DNA from: Nitrosopumilales archaeon
GTDB lineage: Archaea > Thermoproteota > Nitrososphaeria > Nitrososphaerales > Nitrososphaeraceae
Length of the DNA: 64,000 nt
Reading direction: 5' to 3'
Assembly (NCBI GenBank): GCA_044507735.1
Contig: JBIQJB010000002.1
Span: 32,001-96,000, forward strand
Both the position numbers and the translations under genes were made by a program. Numbering within the stretch: the stretch's first letter is position 1; every line of letters starts with the position of its first letter. Of this stretch, positions 61,956 to 64,000 are shown in pieces. The notes under the pieces were generated by a model that saw nothing but the letters and a program-made list of their open reading frames with translations, was not told where the DNA came from and did no database searches.

Positions 61956-62569
61956 TCTGGAGATGGAATCTGCTTTCTTTGTCCTTGGCTACAGAAATCT
62001 GCAACTGGGAAATGTCTTGCGAGTCTTTGGGTTAACTGGCTGAATTAATTTCAAATTTCTCAGGTTTAGCCATATGTCATTTCTCTGCCATTATACCGTC
62101 GCTACTCTTCGGCATTGAATAGAAGCTTGAACGAACCATTGATGATTTTTCTCCTTTATTACACGGCAGGCGGCATTTGAACCCTGTCTTCCGTCATATC
62201 TCTATTTCGTGCTGATTTCGACACCCTGGTGGCAACAGCGACCGTAGTCGCAAAAACATATCCACTAAGGATGTTGCAGCCTACGTTTGGCCCATAGATG
62301 ATAGCAGCTGCTATGAATGCTTTTGCCAAAATAGGCGTCAGCGAGAACCTCAAAGGTAGACATGAACTTCGGTGCAGCCCCTCGTGCTACCGATCTTTGT
62401 TGTTCCAGCCAGACTTGGAACGGGTGGGGATGGGGATAATTCCGATTCATTTGCCATATCATCAACACTGACCGCATCATCCGCCTTTAGGATGCTCCGT
62501 TCACCTCGTTCACCCTTGGCTCAGTCGCATGTTTTTTTGCATACGGTGGTGCTTCACCAAGAAAATCTG

Positions 62570-63001
62570 CTACAGATCGAGAAGGAACCTGACCGTTGCT
62601 TTTCCACTCTCTTGCCTAATCTCCATTTCATGGTAGGTAACGGCCTTTATCTCTACCTTGTAATGGTGTTTGTCGAGATTCAACCTTTCGCCCCTTGCTA
62701 CACCTTCAAGCGAATAGTGGTCTTCGCTGTGTTTGTTGATCTTGACGGAGAATTCGGACATCACAATGCCGTCCGCGACTAGCAAGAGCATGACCTTATC
62801 CAGCCAATCAAAAAGCAGAGAATGGAGGTCATGGCCGGAGGCAGTAATGCTGATTTCCTTGTCAGCCGTTACTGTTTTCAGGTCGATCATTGTGTCGTTG
62901 AGACCTTTGGCAGCATTTTCAAAGGCTTCTTCCAGCGTCTCGCCATATGCCTCAATGACGGCGTCTGTCATGTGATCTAGGTAGCGGAAGCCTCCTACCA
63001 A
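62570..63001 (-). CDS. Archease
   Basis: FRYLDHMTD...AYGETLEEAFENA...EIKAVTYH...LDL; probable TTG start at 63001. Confidence 0.95.
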   Translation of the reverse strand: MVGGFRYLDHMTDAVIEAYGETLEEAFENAAKGLNDTMIDLKTVTADKEISITASGHDLHSLLFDWLDKVMLLLVADGIVMSEFSVKINKHSEDHYSLEGVARGERLNLDKHHYKVEIKAVTYHEMEIRQESGKATVRFLLDL

Positions 63002-63077
63002 TGCCTGCCTTATGTAGCAGACTGTTATTATACGTTCATCGCAAAATCTAAATGCTAACGCACTGCTGGCTACAGAT

Positions 63078-64000
63078 GTGGTCAAGCTAGAGCTTCCGCG
63101 TGGCATGAGGGATCTTGAAGCGGACGAGTTTGCTAACATTGGCTATGTCCGGGACAAGTTTCTTGAAACTGCCAGGCTGTTCAACTTCAAGATGACAGAG
63201 CCTTCGCCGCTTGAAATGCTTGCTACGCTTGAGGCAAAGGGAGGTGCAGCGATTTCAAATGAAATTTATTCGTTCAAGGACAAAGGCGGAAGAGATGTTG
63301 CACTCAGGTTTGATCTAACGATAGGCCTGACCCGTCATGTTGCTGCAAGGCGCGACTTGAAGATGCCCGCCAAGCTGGCGACGATTGCCGGTGTGTGGAG
63401 GTATGACGAACCACAGGCCGGACGCTACCGCTATTTCCACCAATGGGATATCGAAGTATACGGGCCATTCAACCAAGAGTCCGACGCTGAAGTTATCGAG
63501 TTTGTAGCCACATTCTTCAGAAAGCTTGGACTGAACGTTACCATAGAGGTAAACGACAGACAGGTTATAGAGCAGTTCATCAAGGTGAAACTTGGAGTCA
63601 CGGAAGAAGAAAAGATGATGGAGATGTTCCGAGCTGTCGATAAGGTGCCCAAGAAGGGGCCTGAAGGAGTGCTCGCAGAGTACAAGGATAGAATAGACCC
63701 TTCCATTCTCACGGCGTTGATAGAACTTTCAAAAGTTGAAGGTACAGTTGAAGAAGTCGAGGCCAAGACCAACTTGAAAGAACTCGACAGCTGGCAGAGG
63801 TTCGCCGGCCTGATGGATTCGCTCAGATCAAGAAAAGTGAGTGAAGCTCGGGTCAATCTTGGAATCGTACGCGGGCTCGACTATTATTCGGGTGTAGTCT
63901 TTGAAGCATTCGATCCCTCGTTTGAATCGGGTGCGCTTGTAGGCGGCGGAAGGTACGACAGATTGACAGACGCATTTGGAAGAAAAGACATCGGAGCAAC
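63078..64000 (+). CDS. hisS: Histidyl-tRNA synthetase, runs off the window edge (not in ORF track)
   Basis: LPRGMRD, ALRFDLT, WRYDEPQAGRYRYFHQWD, VRGLDYYSG, GGGRYD. Confidence 0.97.
   Translation, partial: MVKLELPRGMRDLEADEFANIGYVRDKFLETARLFNFKMTEPSPLEMLATLEAKGGAAISNEIYSFKDKGGRDVALRFDLTIGLTRHVAARRDLKMPAKLATIAGVWRYDEPQAGRYRYFHQWDIEVYGPFNQESDAEVIEFVATFFRKLGLNVTIEVNDRQVIEQFIKVKLGVTEEEKMMEMFRAVDKVPKKGPEGVLAEYKDRIDPSILTALIELSKVEGTVEEVEAKTNLKELDSWQRFAGLMDSLRSRKVSEARVNLGIVRGLDYYSGVVFEAFDPSFESGALVGGGRYDRLTDAFGRKDIGA

Noticed and set aside
62159-62480. Short minus-strand ORFs between fen and archease
   Set aside because: No motif or start context.
1-64000. CRISPR array, rRNA, IS transposase, duplicated tRNA att sites
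   Set aside because: None seen by eye; short att duplications could have been missed without a computed search.

Overview
This 64-kb window looks like chromosomal DNA from an ammonia-oxidising archaeon, probably Nitrososphaeraceae. That call rests on archaeal TFB, SUI1, Sec61beta, FEN1, archease, CofC/CofD, a Zfx-type ferredoxin, BHB-intron tRNA and thaumarchaeal-style signalling proteins. Bases 1-29.5 kb are mostly accessory: secreted/surface proteins, a MEDS protein with a response regulator and histidine kinase, an MFS transporter, and an 8TM+periplasmic-binding-protein fusion. This part ends in a decayed tyrosine integrase at the 3' end of tRNA-Ala(CGC). Bases 30-48 kb and 57-64 kb are largely core housekeeping genes. 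A second ~5-kb decaying element (48834-53899) is bracketed by an 11-bp inverted repeat. It carries a truncated HTH-tyrosine recombinase, a headless matrixin repeat protein, a frameshifted membrane-tethered wHTH regulator beside a perfect 20-bp palindrome, and a cupredoxin lacking its copper ligands. Features missed by the ORF track include a 35-aa Arg/Lys-rich ORF upstream of tfb, a 50-aa HTH-like ORF, Sec61beta, tRNA-Ser(CGA) with two BHB introns, a tandem ~57-nt structured repeat and two other structured intergenic RNA candidates. All family assignments are from motif recognition by eye; no database searches were run.
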